Assembly (NCBI GenBank): GCA_963737635.1
Contig: CAVTTL010000001.1
Location: forward strand, 64,001-128,000
DNA: 64,000 bases
Reading direction: 5' to 3'
Source: an uncultured Methanoregulaceae archaeon
GTDB lineage: Archaea > Halobacteriota > Methanomicrobia > Methanomicrobiales > Methanospirillaceae
Part shown: positions 1 to 10,115 of the stretch, in pieces
Layout of the letters: the number at the start of each line of letters is the position of its first letter
Position numbering within the stretch: position 1 is the stretch's first letter
Program-made: the position numbers and the translations under genes
The notes under the pieces: model-generated
Seen by the model: the letters and a program-made list of their open reading frames with translations, nothing else
Databases searched by the model: none
What the model was told of the DNA's origin: nothing

Positions 1-640
1 CGGTATAAGGGCTGATTTCGATAGTAACTGAATTCAAACCGGGTATTTCTGCCTGCGGAACCGTTTCGTTATCGGGATTGTAGAAAACTTCCTGCCATGT
101 ATATACAAAAACCTCATCGTCTCCTCGGGTATCTGTTTTTTGTATTTGCTTTATTCCCCGTTCCTCGGTCACATTCCATAGTTCCGGATATTTCTCTTTT
201 GCATAAGGTTCCGCGATTTTTAATCCCTGATCGAGATCGATTATCTCTTTCTGGTTCTGGTATCCACCCTCATACCGTAAAGCAGCCTGAACCCTTCCGG
301 TGAGATCGTTTACCCAAAATGAGGAATTCCCGGATTTAAACTCATAAACATCGGCGAACGATTCATTAATAACGCTTGTGAATGTCAGGTTTTGATCAGT
401 AATATTTGTAAATTTTCGGATTATCTCTTCGGATTTTGTAATGATTGGATAATCGAGATTATTTCCCTGAACAGAAGGAACTGTGGTAGAGACGATGGGT
501 GGAATTGAGGATAATGTTACAACCGTGGTATTCGTTTGATTTTCATTAATAATTTGATGATCGCCCATACACCCGGTAATAAAAACGAATAAAATGCCTA
601 TTAGTAATACCAAAAAAAATTGTTTTCGAATCAGAAACAT
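1..640 (-). CDS. Lipoprotein with PepSY/YcdB-like domain, paralog of the C-terminus of the 654..3374 protein (3' end runs off the window)
   Basis: Absent from the ORF track because it has no stop in the window. My translation from ATG 640 is open to base 1: MFLIRKQFFLVLLIGILFVFITGC (lipobox)...FADVYEFKSGNSSFWVNDLTGRVQ...IIDLDQGLKIAEPYAKEKYPELWNV...VTIEISPYT. Confidence 0.8.
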   Translation of the reverse strand, partial: MFLIRKQFFLVLLIGILFVFITGCMGDHQIINENQTNTTVVTLSSIPPIVSTTVPSVQGNNLDYPIITKSEEIIRKFTNITDQNLTFTSVINESFADVYEFKSGNSSFWVNDLTGRVQAALRYEGGYQNQKEIIDLDQGLKIAEPYAKEKYPELWNVTEERGIKQIQKTDTRGDDEVFVYTWQEVFYNPDNETVPQAEIPGLNSVTIEISPYT

Positions 641-653
641 TTTTTTATCATCT

Positions 654-3374
654 TTATGTGATCGATGCGTGCCATACTACCTCTCCATTATGAGCGTCGA
701 TACCCACAAATCCGCTTTTATCTAAGTTAGATGCATCTTTTTGGTCTAATTCAAAAGACCACGTCAGATGCTGTTGGTTATTCTCATCAACTGCTATATT
801 CAAGCCAGGAGATGAAATATTATCTGGATTGATATTCTCAAATCCTGCTACCTGGAAGTACGATTCAGCATAACGCATCGCATCATCTTCTGTCAATGAA
901 GGGGTTAAATTTAGAGTGGCGTCATTTGGAACATACCATTCATGATATTGGATAACCTCGCCTGTGTAGGGATTGACCGTTATAGTCACTAAATTCGGTC
1001 CAGGAATTACTGTATTTTCCGAAGAATTTAATCCGGGAGGATAGAAGATTTCCTGCCATGAATATTCGAAAGTTTGGCCCGATTCGAGATCGTTTGTCCT
1101 TTTTACAATCTGTTTGATCCCTTTTCCGTCGCTCACATTCCATAATTCCGGATATTTCTCTTTTGCATAGGACTCTGCAATTCTCGATCCCTCATCAAGA
1201 TCGATAATTCGGGTCGTTGTTTCCGATCCGTTCCTCGAAACGGTCATTGATTGCACTCTTCCATTGTTTGCATTCACCCAATAGGTGGAATCGTCGGTTT
1301 TGACTTGGTATAAATCGGCATAAGGCTGATGAATTATATCCTGATATTCAATATTATTAACGGGTTTTTCTGCGAATGTTGATACGGAATTAATAATCTG
1401 ATTTTTTCTGTCACTTGATAATGAGGACATTGTTTGTGTCGTTGTATTAACATTATTTGCACTAACCATCTGACTCGCTAGTCCGTTTGGAAGAGGTTGT
1501 GAACACCCATCATTATTTTCTGCATAATGCACTTTTGTCAGGTTACATGCGGCATCCCATACGCCAGGCCATGTCTTATATACCTCTTGGCAATCCAGAT
1601 TAGATTCTGCAGCGCCTACCCCCTCATCATATGCATTTAAGATGGGATCTCCATCCTGAACCCTATTCCAAAATGTAGCGCTCCAGTCATTAACGCCACC
1701 CCAATCTAAAAGATTCTCTGTCCAGCCAATCGCACATGAACCACCTTTTGATGCGATTATATCGACGATATTACCATAAGTGGGACTTGTCCCTCCCGCC
1801 TTGCATGCCAATAATACCGCTAGGTTCATGTTGCTATAGGAAGCGCTGGCTTCATCGAAACTATTCGCATTATTTGTCCCATAAAAGAGGGTCGCATCGG
1901 GAAAAGCTAAGGTATCATTAAGTTGAATTTCTCCTTCAAGTCCATGGCCAAAGAAAAAGAATATTTGATCATTTGGAAGTCTCGGTATTATATCCGATTG
2001 TTTTGCAGGATAAAATATTGTAGGTTGGTAATTCATAAGTTGTTGTTGACTGGCAGCAGTAGCAACATCGGATTGATAGATAGATCGACCTGGAATATCG
2101 GTTGCCTGATTCGACGGTGCAGGTGTCGAAGTAGGGGTAGGGGTCAAAGTCGGTGTTTCAGTTGGGGTCGAGGTCGGCGTTCCAGGTGGCATCACGGTCA
2201 CATACCCAGTTTCCACCGCAATATTGCTTCCACCAGCATTTAATGCCATAAGACTCACCGTGTACGTTCCGGTCGAGTTATAGGTATAAGTCGGATTCTG
2301 TGCGCTTGATGTTCCACCATCGCCAAATAACCAGCTCCATGACGTTGGTGATCCTGTCGACGTGTCAGTGAATGATACAGTCAGTGGCGCGGTACCGGAG
2401 GTGGGAGTGCCGGTGAAACTGGCCACAGGTGCTGGTGGAAATGCCCGAATATAATTAGTCTGGGTCGATGAGTAGGACCCATAGGCGGTTGTGATAGTCA
2501 AAGAAACGGTAAAGTTCCCGGGAGTGGAATAGGTATACGAGGGATTTTGCAGCGTACTCCCTCCGGAACCGTCCCCGAAATTCCACTGCCAAGACACCGG
2601 CGGAGCTCCCATAGACGCATCGGTGAACTGGACAGCTAACGGGACTGTCCCGCTTGTCGGAGAACCGGTAAATGAGGCTGTAGTCGGAACCCATTGAATG
2701 GTACCGATAGGCAGTGTGAACATCGCATTCGTCCAGAATACGGCCTGATAATACAGGAAATTCGGATTATGTTCTGTATAGTAGGGTAAATATGCGTAAC
2801 CGTTTTGGTCTGTGTAACCGTCACCTATTACTTCCCATGTACTGCCGTCTACAGACTTCTGGAACTGGTAATAAACGCCCGGGATCCCTTGCCCGGTATA
2901 ATAGTTGTATATCTGGCTGGTAATCGAGATGGGTTCGTCGCAATAAAAATAATAGTCCGCCTCTTCCTCTTGTTGGTTGGCTATTGCTTTCATTGCTTGG
3001 ACCTGACTCTTTGCTGGAGTCACGTTCCCTTTTGCCACGACAGACACCTTTGACCGGATCTGCGCCGCCGCCACTTGGGTGGTTGGTACTTTCGTCGCCT
3101 GCGCAGCAGGGGTTGAATTACCGGATACACTCACAGACATCTGCGACTGATTCTGCTGATCTGCCAGTGCAATCACCGGGATGAGCAAGCCTGCAAAGAG
3201 AATTATCAAAAGAAATACTGTGACATTCTTCTGAATCCTTGGAAACGCTCCAGAGCCTATGCTTTTTCCTCGGTCGAATTTGTTCTTGGCAGATAACCGG
3301 CATTTTCCTCGCACTTCTACATCATCATTTTTTTCCAATCTCCGTCTGGGAGAAACCTGGATCTTTGGAACCAT
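654..3374 (-). CDS. Secreted multidomain protein: signal peptide, Ig-like domain, 2 PKD domains, Thr/Pro linker, putative clan CD (His-Cys) peptidase-like domain, PepSY-like C-terminus
   Basis: PKD motifs (PLAVQFTDAS..WQWNFGDG; PLTVSFTDTS..WSWLFGDG), FFFFGHG and AVLLAC motifs, C-terminal VGIDAHNGEVV. The true start may be downstream of 3374. Confidence 0.75.
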   Translation of the reverse strand: MVPKIQVSPRRRLEKNDDVEVRGKCRLSAKNKFDRGKSIGSGAFPRIQKNVTVFLLIILFAGLLIPVIALADQQNQSQMSVSVSGNSTPAAQATKVPTTQVAAAQIRSKVSVVAKGNVTPAKSQVQAMKAIANQQEEEADYYFYCDEPISITSQIYNYYTGQGIPGVYYQFQKSVDGSTWEVIGDGYTDQNGYAYLPYYTEHNPNFLYYQAVFWTNAMFTLPIGTIQWVPTTASFTGSPTSGTVPLAVQFTDASMGAPPVSWQWNFGDGSGGSTLQNPSYTYSTPGNFTVSLTITTAYGSYSSTQTNYIRAFPPAPVASFTGTPTSGTAPLTVSFTDTSTGSPTSWSWLFGDGGTSSAQNPTYTYNSTGTYTVSLMALNAGGSNIAVETGYVTVMPPGTPTSTPTETPTLTPTPTSTPAPSNQATDIPGRSIYQSDVATAASQQQLMNYQPTIFYPAKQSDIIPRLPNDQIFFFFGHGLEGEIQLNDTLAFPDATLFYGTNNANSFDEASASYSNMNLAVLLACKAGGTSPTYGNIVDIIASKGGSCAIGWTENLLDWGGVNDWSATFWNRVQDGDPILNAYDEGVGAAESNLDCQEVYKTWPGVWDAACNLTKVHYAENNDGCSQPLPNGLASQMVSANNVNTTTQTMSSLSSDRKNQIINSVSTFAEKPVNNIEYQDIIHQPYADLYQVKTDDSTYWVNANNGRVQSMTVSRNGSETTTRIIDLDEGSRIAESYAKEKYPELWNVSDGKGIKQIVKRTNDLESGQTFEYSWQEIFYPPGLNSSENTVIPGPNLVTITVNPYTGEVIQYHEWYVPNDATLNLTPSLTEDDAMRYAESYFQVAGFENINPDNISSPGLNIAVDENNQQHLTWSFELDQKDASNLDKSGFVGIDAHNGEVVWHASIT

Positions 3375-3648
3375 GCGGAGCTCTATAGTTATTCAAATAT
3401 ATAAAGTACAACGATTTAAAAATATATATTCAAATTGAGTATGAACAAAAAAATTACTTGGATCGCAGTCTTTTCATACGAAAGGATTTAACTAGAATTT
3501 TGTTTTCGAGGAAACGTGGTTTCCCTTGCTTTTTTGTTGGGCTCTGTGATTCTGGTGCCCTGCCGTGACTCTTTGAAAGGTTCTGATAGGTTAACGGGAC
3601 TTCGTTGGAAAAAAACGGATAAATGATGAGTTTTCACGACGTAATAAA

Positions 3649-5361
3649 CTATAGAAAATCCTTCAAGTCCCGAGAATCTATCGGCACCGAACGTCCCATC
3701 CGTTTCCGGCCGGTAATATCGCGGACAAACGCGAAGCTGTATTCATTGTTTTCCTTTCGGACATACGATGACATAATCTCCACATCAATGATCGTGCCAT
3801 CCTTCCGTCGGTGCCGGGATGTAATGAAACGCTTTTTCATTTCTCTTAAGTCAGCAACGGATCGCTCCCAGATTTCAGGAGTATAATCCGGGTCCAGATT
3901 GAAGATCTTCATGCCATGAAGTTCTTCCCTGGAATAGCGAGTCGTACGGCAAGCCGCTTCGTTCACATACAGGATAGTGCCTTCGAAATCCAACCAGAAA
4001 ACTTCATCATAGGCCTGGTCGACGGAGGTTTTGAGGAGTAAGAGCTGGTCTTCCAGCTGTTTGTGTTCGGTGATATCGCGGGCGCAGCCCTCACCACCGA
4101 TAATTACACCGGTGTCGTTGCGTAAGGGAACAGCATTCGTGCTATGCCAGCACCAGGACCCGTTGGCATGTCGGACACGATATTCTACACCAGTCTTTCC
4201 CTGTCCCGTAGTGATCACCGATCGAAGGACGCCCATGCACAGAGGAATATCGTCAGGATGGACGAATTGTTTGAATGATTTCCCCAGTACCTGACTTGCC
4301 GGGTGGCCAAGAAGGATAGTCCACGCGGGTGAAACGAACGTAAACACTCCTTCTGTATTGAGGGTATAAATGATATCGTGGGTATTCTCAACTAACAGAC
4401 GAAACTTTTCTTCACTTTCCCGTAACAATTCCAATGCCTGCTTCCGTTCAGTGATGTCCGTGATCATGCCAAATGATCCTTGGAACGAACCGGCCTCGCC
4501 AGGGATGGGCGAACCTGAGATCAGGCACCAGATGGCTCTTCCGTCCCGGTGCCTGAGTCTGCATTCATAGCAGCTTTTAATCCCTTTCATTCGGGCGATA
4601 AATTGGGCCTCGAAAACAGCATGGTCATCGCTGATGACCACATCCAGAACATTCCGTCCGACCATTCCCTCACGGGTATACCCGAGCATATCAGCAAAAC
4701 GCTGGTTAGTAAAGAGGGTATCGAGGTTCCGGTCCAGGATCCATACGCCTTCATTCGCAGTCTCAACGATGAGGCGGTATTTCTCCTCGCTCATCTGTAT
4801 CCGCTTCTCGTCCTCTTTTTGCCGGGTAATGTCTTCAAGGACAACGGATACCCCTTTCTTCCCGTTGTCAAACACGGTTGGAGCGATCCGGCAGGTAAAC
4901 GTGGTCCCCCGCGATCTGATGGAGAGTTCCCCCCTCCACTCGACTCCCTTAACACCTCTTTTTACCTGTTCCAGGAAGGATCCAAAAAGGTCATCGAGAA
5001 CCGGCTCCACCACGGAGTATTGAATATTTTTTCCAATAAGATCTTCCGGGGTGGTACCCAGAAATCCGACGAAGGGCTCATTGGCGTATATAATCCTGAG
5101 ATGGCTATCCAACTGCATAATAAGTTCCGAAGAGATCGAGAGGAGAGAGGAAACGGGGACCCGATGCGAGAGGGTATAGATCTTGGCCATGCCAAAAAGG
5201 CGCATATCCACCTGTCCGGACGCGAGAAGGGTTTCAAGATACCTCCCCGCAGTACTCCGGCTGATCTTCACTTCCTCGACTATTCCGGTGATGTTGAGAC
5301 CCTGCGGATTCTTCTGTAAAACGTCTTTGATCTTCGCAGTAACCTTCTGGCTCAAAACCAT
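3649..5361 (-). CDS. Winged-helix transcriptional regulator with four PAS/PAC domains
   Basis: N-terminal wHTH (GLNITGIVEEVKISRSTAGRYLETL); repeated PAS ends (EDITRQK, TDITERK, RDITEHK, RDITGRK); no kinase domain. Confidence 0.85.
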   Translation of the reverse strand: MVLSQKVTAKIKDVLQKNPQGLNITGIVEEVKISRSTAGRYLETLLASGQVDMRLFGMAKIYTLSHRVPVSSLLSISSELIMQLDSHLRIIYANEPFVGFLGTTPEDLIGKNIQYSVVEPVLDDLFGSFLEQVKRGVKGVEWRGELSIRSRGTTFTCRIAPTVFDNGKKGVSVVLEDITRQKEDEKRIQMSEEKYRLIVETANEGVWILDRNLDTLFTNQRFADMLGYTREGMVGRNVLDVVISDDHAVFEAQFIARMKGIKSCYECRLRHRDGRAIWCLISGSPIPGEAGSFQGSFGMITDITERKQALELLRESEEKFRLLVENTHDIIYTLNTEGVFTFVSPAWTILLGHPASQVLGKSFKQFVHPDDIPLCMGVLRSVITTGQGKTGVEYRVRHANGSWCWHSTNAVPLRNDTGVIIGGEGCARDITEHKQLEDQLLLLKTSVDQAYDEVFWLDFEGTILYVNEAACRTTRYSREELHGMKIFNLDPDYTPEIWERSVADLREMKKRFITSRHRRKDGTIIDVEIMSSYVRKENNEYSFAFVRDITGRKRMGRSVPIDSRDLKDFL

Positions 5362-5705
5362 AAACTGACTAATATTAGCATAGGAAGATATAATGATTCA
5401 GCTCCGCACCTGATATCTTCAATGGCATGAGAGGGCAGAATCTCTGAAGGGGGTTTCAAATAATGCCGTTTTATAAAACGAAATAAAGCACCCTATTCAA
5501 GCGATGCGGGAATTCGTTAGGATTCTCTTTTTAGGAGGTGGAAAACCAGAAAGTAGGAAAAGAACGGGATCATCCGCGGTACCTGGTATCTCCCGTTTGA
5601 GTGCATACCCGACCGCTTTCCAAGCTAACGTTTATTGAATCGTGAATCTATTCATAGTTTGATCGCAGTTTAAACACATCTTCATACCAAAAGATTCTGA
5701 ATTAC

Positions 5706-7126
5706 ATGACTCGGTATTCACCCTTTTTATCGTATTTTCTGTTCCTGTTCCTTGCATCAGTTGTACTATGGTGCCATCCGGTTTCTGCGGTCGAATTACC
5801 GGTCGCAGATTTTTCAATCACACCGGTATCAGGCACCGTACCACTGGATGTAACGATGACCGATATATCAAAAGGACCCCATGCAGCGTGGTTCTGGACG
5901 TTTGGCGACGGCGCATTTTCCTCCAGCCAAGAACCGGGACATACCTATACAGAACCTGGTTCCTATACCGTTAGTCTGTTCATTACCGATAATCAGGGAC
6001 ATACCAGTGTCAAAAAAAGATATGTTACGGTCGGATCCTGGTGGTGGACACATCTGGGGAGCGTAGTATCGAACCTCTTTCTCAAACCCGCCCCACCTCT
6101 GGCACCTGTTGAACCAGCTGATAACGGGCTTTTTCACGGCCATTTTGAAGATCTGCCATCTATAAATGAGATGCCGGTCTCCCCGCTCATGCAACGTTTC
6201 CTCACTGACGGATATACGGTCACCTTTAAACAATCAGGACTGCCAACGGGTTTGAACTGGTCGGTTGTCCTTGTTAACAACAACGGAACCCGGCTGGAGA
6301 GAACGTCATCTGCACCTGAAATCCGTTTTTCAGATATTCATGGATCGTATACCTATGCAATACCGCTGGTGAAATTTGGGAAAAGACAGGTAAATATTTC
6401 TGCAATACCGTCTTCGGGCCCGGTTGACAGAGATAGTATTGATATTCAATTCTCTCATTTCGAGCCTTCCTGGGCGGGATATATAATGGCAGCAAATGTG
6501 ACCGATCCCGGCCGGTTGTGACATCGGTAGCAGGATCATGGATTGTTCCGGAACTTTCGGGTACTACTGCAGATATGACGTCGGCATTTCAATGGATAGG
6601 AATCGGGGGATTTTTTCCGGGAGATGCCAGTAACCTGATCCAGACAGGAACTGCATCCAGTCTCGGCGGAATGTATCCTATGCAATATAATTATGGCTGG
6701 ATCGAACTTCTCCCGGGTCGTTCCGAACCGATCCCACCGGATTTCGTTATTTTTCCGGGTGATACCATGCAGGCAAAGATACAGACAGAAAAGCCGGGGA
6801 GATGGAATATAACCCTGAGAGACCTCACGCAAAACTGGCAATACGAGAGAACCTTTCTTTACCATTCCTCTATGGATAGCGCAGAATGGGTACTGGAAAA
6901 CCCCTCTTATGCAGGAGAAACGTATGATCTTGCCACGTTCGGGGTTGCGAATTTCGGAACACCATCGTCAGATGATGATAATGCGACCATTGATGCAGTG
7001 ACCGGCCCACTGGGTACATTCCCTGGTTTCTCAATAACGATGGTATACAACAATACTTCACGGGCAATGCCATCACCATTATCGTCTGAAGGCAATTTCA
7101 CTATCAAGGGATATAGTGCGAATTAA
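5706..7126 (+). CDS. Secreted PKD-domain G1-family glutamic peptidase (one gene split by a 1-nt deletion near 6511)
   Basis: Signal peptide, PKD (WFWTFGDG), thermopsin-type repeat (VTFKQSGLPTGLNWSV), G1 motifs SWAGY, WIGIGG, LIQTGT and SAEWVLE spread over ORFs 5706..6521 and 6518..7126. Confidence 0.75.
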
Positions 7127-7319
7127 TGGTTAAAGGGTTCTGGTGCATCTTCGAGACTCGTTACCTACCGGGCCCGCTTCGATATCGACAACGTCATTTT
7201 CTTTGCGTCACGACACCGCACCGGAACCTAAGGAAAATATCGTACGAAAGAAGGTCACCCGGGGGAATGTTCCTGCACCGGTTCCGGATGTAGTGCGGCA
7301 GACAATTCTTTCAGTGCCC

Positions 7320-7410
7320 CCGGGGGTTCATGTACCGGGCAATCCGGGTGAGATCCCCCTTTCCTGCCGCATCCCAACCCTCGTACAGGATGATGAGCGG
7401 GATCTTGCGT
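7320..7410 (-). repeat. Diverged ~90-bp copy of the P-loop-coding segment of ppk2 (8875..8967)
   Basis: Translates RKIPLIILYEGWDAAGKG-DLTRIARYMNPR versus ppk2 RKIPLIILYEGWDAAGKGGNITRIARYMNPR. Confidence 0.85.
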
Positions 7411-7549
7411 CGATCCGCTGGGTATTACATTGCCTCTGGTGACAGCGGTGTCATCGCGGGCGGCCGCCCGAATAACCGCGATGCTTACGAGACCCAGAAA
7501 AGTAAATGTGTATGTTGTTGCCGGTTTCACCTGCGAACGGGAAAAAGGA

Positions 7550-8185
7550 TTAATCGATCTCGGCCTGTTCAGGGTAATACATTAAATCGGCATTTGGCTG
7601 CTCGTTCATATTGGCACCGATCAGATCAGTCTCATAAGAGCTCACAATCTGAGCCGGCACCGTTATCCCCGGGAATCGTGGATCTTGGTGAGCCGGCACC
7701 AATGTGTACTGCCGGATGATTTGCGCCCCGGTCTGTCCGGTGGGGAGTATCTTAATTAAGTATGTCATATTCCCAACCGGAGTCCATGTGCCCGTCTCTT
7801 CAGAATAAGGATATGTGGTGTCTATCACGATATTGCTTGACATCTGTTTCGTGGTGCCCTCCCGGTAATCCACGGATCCATCCGGATAGAACTTGAACTC
7901 ATACCCGGTCGATTGTGCTGCCGTTGGATCGCCGTACTGCCAGATCCACCGGTGAAGGATCGGATCTGTTGGTGGGGCAGTTGTAACCACAGTTGTGACC
8001 GCAGTTGTTGAGAGGGTCGGGACAGGGGTCACCTGCGAGGTCGGTACTATTGTGACTGCGGTAGTGACCAGGGCTGGAGTGGTCACCGTGGTGATCGTTG
8101 CCGGATTACTGGAAGTGCTGGTGCACCCGGTGACTAACACTGTAACGATACATGCCACTATCAGGAAAAAGAAAGACTTCCGCAT
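7550..8185 (-). CDS. Lipoprotein with Thr-rich linker, unknown function
   Basis: Likely start ATG 8185: MRKSFFFLIVACIVTVLVTGC lipobox, Thr/Val/Pro-rich stalk, then a globular beta domain. Confidence 0.75.
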   Translation of the reverse strand: MRKSFFFLIVACIVTVLVTGCTSTSSNPATITTVTTPALVTTAVTIVPTSQVTPVPTLSTTAVTTVVTTAPPTDPILHRWIWQYGDPTAAQSTGYEFKFYPDGSVDYREGTTKQMSSNIVIDTTYPYSEETGTWTPVGNMTYLIKILPTGQTGAQIIRQYTLVPAHQDPRFPGITVPAQIVSSYETDLIGANMNEQPNADLMYYPEQAEID

Positions 8186-8363
8186 ATCCCTCCGATTATG
8201 TTCTGACACGATAATTATTTCTCTTAACTCTTGGGGCCACCCGGAAACAATGAACGTGAAAAGAGAGGGGCGACAAGGGAGGTCTGTGAAGCATCTCATC
8301 TACCTTTCTGGGAAATGTTTTTCGATGCTGATCGTTTGGCATCAGCTTTCCACGGTATTCTCC

Positions 8364-9902
8364 TCACTCCAGCAGTTTCCGGCAATACGATGTAACCTCT
8401 TCGATTGTCTGTACCCGGGCTGCCCATTTATCATCGGATCCGATCACCGTCCACGGAGCGATCTTCGTATTGGTCCGGGCCAGCATCTCATCGACCGCTT
8501 CATCATACTGTTGCCATTTTTCCCGGTTTCTCCAGTCGTCTTCAGTGATCTTCCACTGCTTGAGCGGGTCGCTCTTGCGCTGGTTAAAGCGCTTGAGCTG
8601 CTCCTCTTTGCTGATCTCAAGCCAGAATTTTATAATCCCCCCGCCGTTTGAATAGATGAAATCCGCTTCCGTATCGTTGATCTCGCGGTATGCCCGCTGC
8701 CACTCATACGCTGTGCAATAACCCTCCACCCGTTCCACGAGGACACGGCCATACCAGCTCCGGTCAAAGATCGTAATGTGGCCGGCCTTTGGGAAATTCT
8801 CAATGAACCGCCAGAAATAATGGTGGCTTTGTTCCGTTGCGTCAGGAGCAGAGACCGGGATCACATCATAACTCCGGGGGTTCATGTACCGGGCAATCCG
8901 GGTGATATTGCCTCCCTTTCCTGCCGCGTCCCAGCCTTCGTACAGGATAATGAGCGGGATCTTACGCTTGAAAAGGAGTGACTGAAGCCGCAGCATCTCT
9001 CCCTCGAGACAGTCAAGGATCGGCATGCAGTCCTTTTTTACACAGGGAATATCCTGTGGCCGGTTCACGGTTCTCCTCTTCACCGGACGTTTTTTCGGGA
9101 GGAGGGGATCGCCGGATTTTATCATTTTTCCGAGAGCCAAAACATCCAGTGTTTTCTCCAGGGTCTTAACCAGTGTCGAATAAATCTCCAAGATCGCATG
9201 GTTCTCATTGGTCGCGTCGATCACGTGCCATGGTCCGGATGGCGTGTCCGTCTTTTCAAGAAGGTTATCGATCACCGGGAACGAAAGATCGTACGCGTTA
9301 TGCAGACCCCAGAGAGCAGGAGTCACGAGCCATGCGCTCAGGGGATCGTTTTCCCGGGCTTCAAAGCGCTGTTTCTGCTCATCCTTGTCGATATGCAGGA
9401 AGAACTTCAGGATGATCGTCCCGTCATCGGCCAGCTGGCGCTCGAAGTTGTTGATCGAGATGATCCTCCCGTCTAAGGATTTTGTCCAGCTGGTTCTCTG
9501 CATCTCAGCAGAGATAGCACGGCTGTACCAGCTCCGGGCAAAGAGCGCGATACGCCCTTTGGCCGGGATCCGGGTCCAGAACCGCCACATAAAGGGCCGG
9601 ACTCTTTCTTCATCTGTAGGCTGCTCGATCGTGTGGAGAGTGAACCCTCGGGGATCAAGTGCCTGGATCACCATTTTGGTCGAGCGGGTGATCCCTGCTG
9701 CGTCCCACCCCTCCATTACGATGATGACCGGTATCCGGGCTTCACGCAGGGATCGCTGAAGGATACCAAGGGTTTCCTCAAGCGGGGCGATCTTTTTGAC
9801 AAACGTCTTTTTGTCGATTCGGTTCTGCGGATTGAGGACATTTTTCAGCATCGTGGGGGACTCCAGGCTCGGGGATTTGGACTTTTTCATGTCTCTATTC
9901 AT
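8364..9902 (-). CDS. ppk2: Two-domain polyphosphate kinase 2 (class II, polyphosphate:AMP phosphotransferase)
   Basis: Two PPK2 domains: EGWDAAGI..ARSWY (degenerate) and EGWDAAGKGG..DRSWYGRVLVERVEG..KQWKITEDDW (intact). Confidence 0.92.
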   Translation of the reverse strand: MNRDMKKSKSPSLESPTMLKNVLNPQNRIDKKTFVKKIAPLEETLGILQRSLREARIPVIIVMEGWDAAGITRSTKMVIQALDPRGFTLHTIEQPTDEERVRPFMWRFWTRIPAKGRIALFARSWYSRAISAEMQRTSWTKSLDGRIISINNFERQLADDGTIILKFFLHIDKDEQKQRFEARENDPLSAWLVTPALWGLHNAYDLSFPVIDNLLEKTDTPSGPWHVIDATNENHAILEIYSTLVKTLEKTLDVLALGKMIKSGDPLLPKKRPVKRRTVNRPQDIPCVKKDCMPILDCLEGEMLRLQSLLFKRKIPLIILYEGWDAAGKGGNITRIARYMNPRSYDVIPVSAPDATEQSHHYFWRFIENFPKAGHITIFDRSWYGRVLVERVEGYCTAYEWQRAYREINDTEADFIYSNGGGIIKFWLEISKEEQLKRFNQRKSDPLKQWKITEDDWRNREKWQQYDEAVDEMLARTNTKIAPWTVIGSDDKWAARVQTIEEVTSYCRKLLE

Positions 9903-10115
9903 TTGCCGGGGGATAAAAATATTGAAACCCTATATTCAACAATACCGGTCAGGATCGAGAAATAGAATCGGGAAAATCTGGATTTAACTAGGGTATGATA
10001 TACCATTATTGAGATTTCAGGATACACCAGAGGAAATGCCACAAGGACAAGAGAAAGAACATAAGGAAGGACAGGAGAATTACAGGTAGTAATAGAACGA
10101 GAGGAGGATTTTTGT

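Noticed and set aside
2110-2660. Repetitive sequence in the PKD gene as a CRISPR-like or tandem DNA repeat
   Set aside because: It reflects two PKD domains and a Thr-Pro linker; no constant repeat-spacer pattern was seen here or elsewhere in the window.
3509-3523. GGAA-N7-TTCC as another NrpR operator
   Set aside because: Spacer is 7 rather than 6 nt, and it is not next to a nitrogen-assimilation gene.
9600-9720. Degenerate P-loop (GWDAAGIT) in the first PPK2 domain as a sign of inactivation
   Set aside because: Two-domain class II PPK2 enzymes are known to have one inactive domain, and the C-terminal domain is intact.
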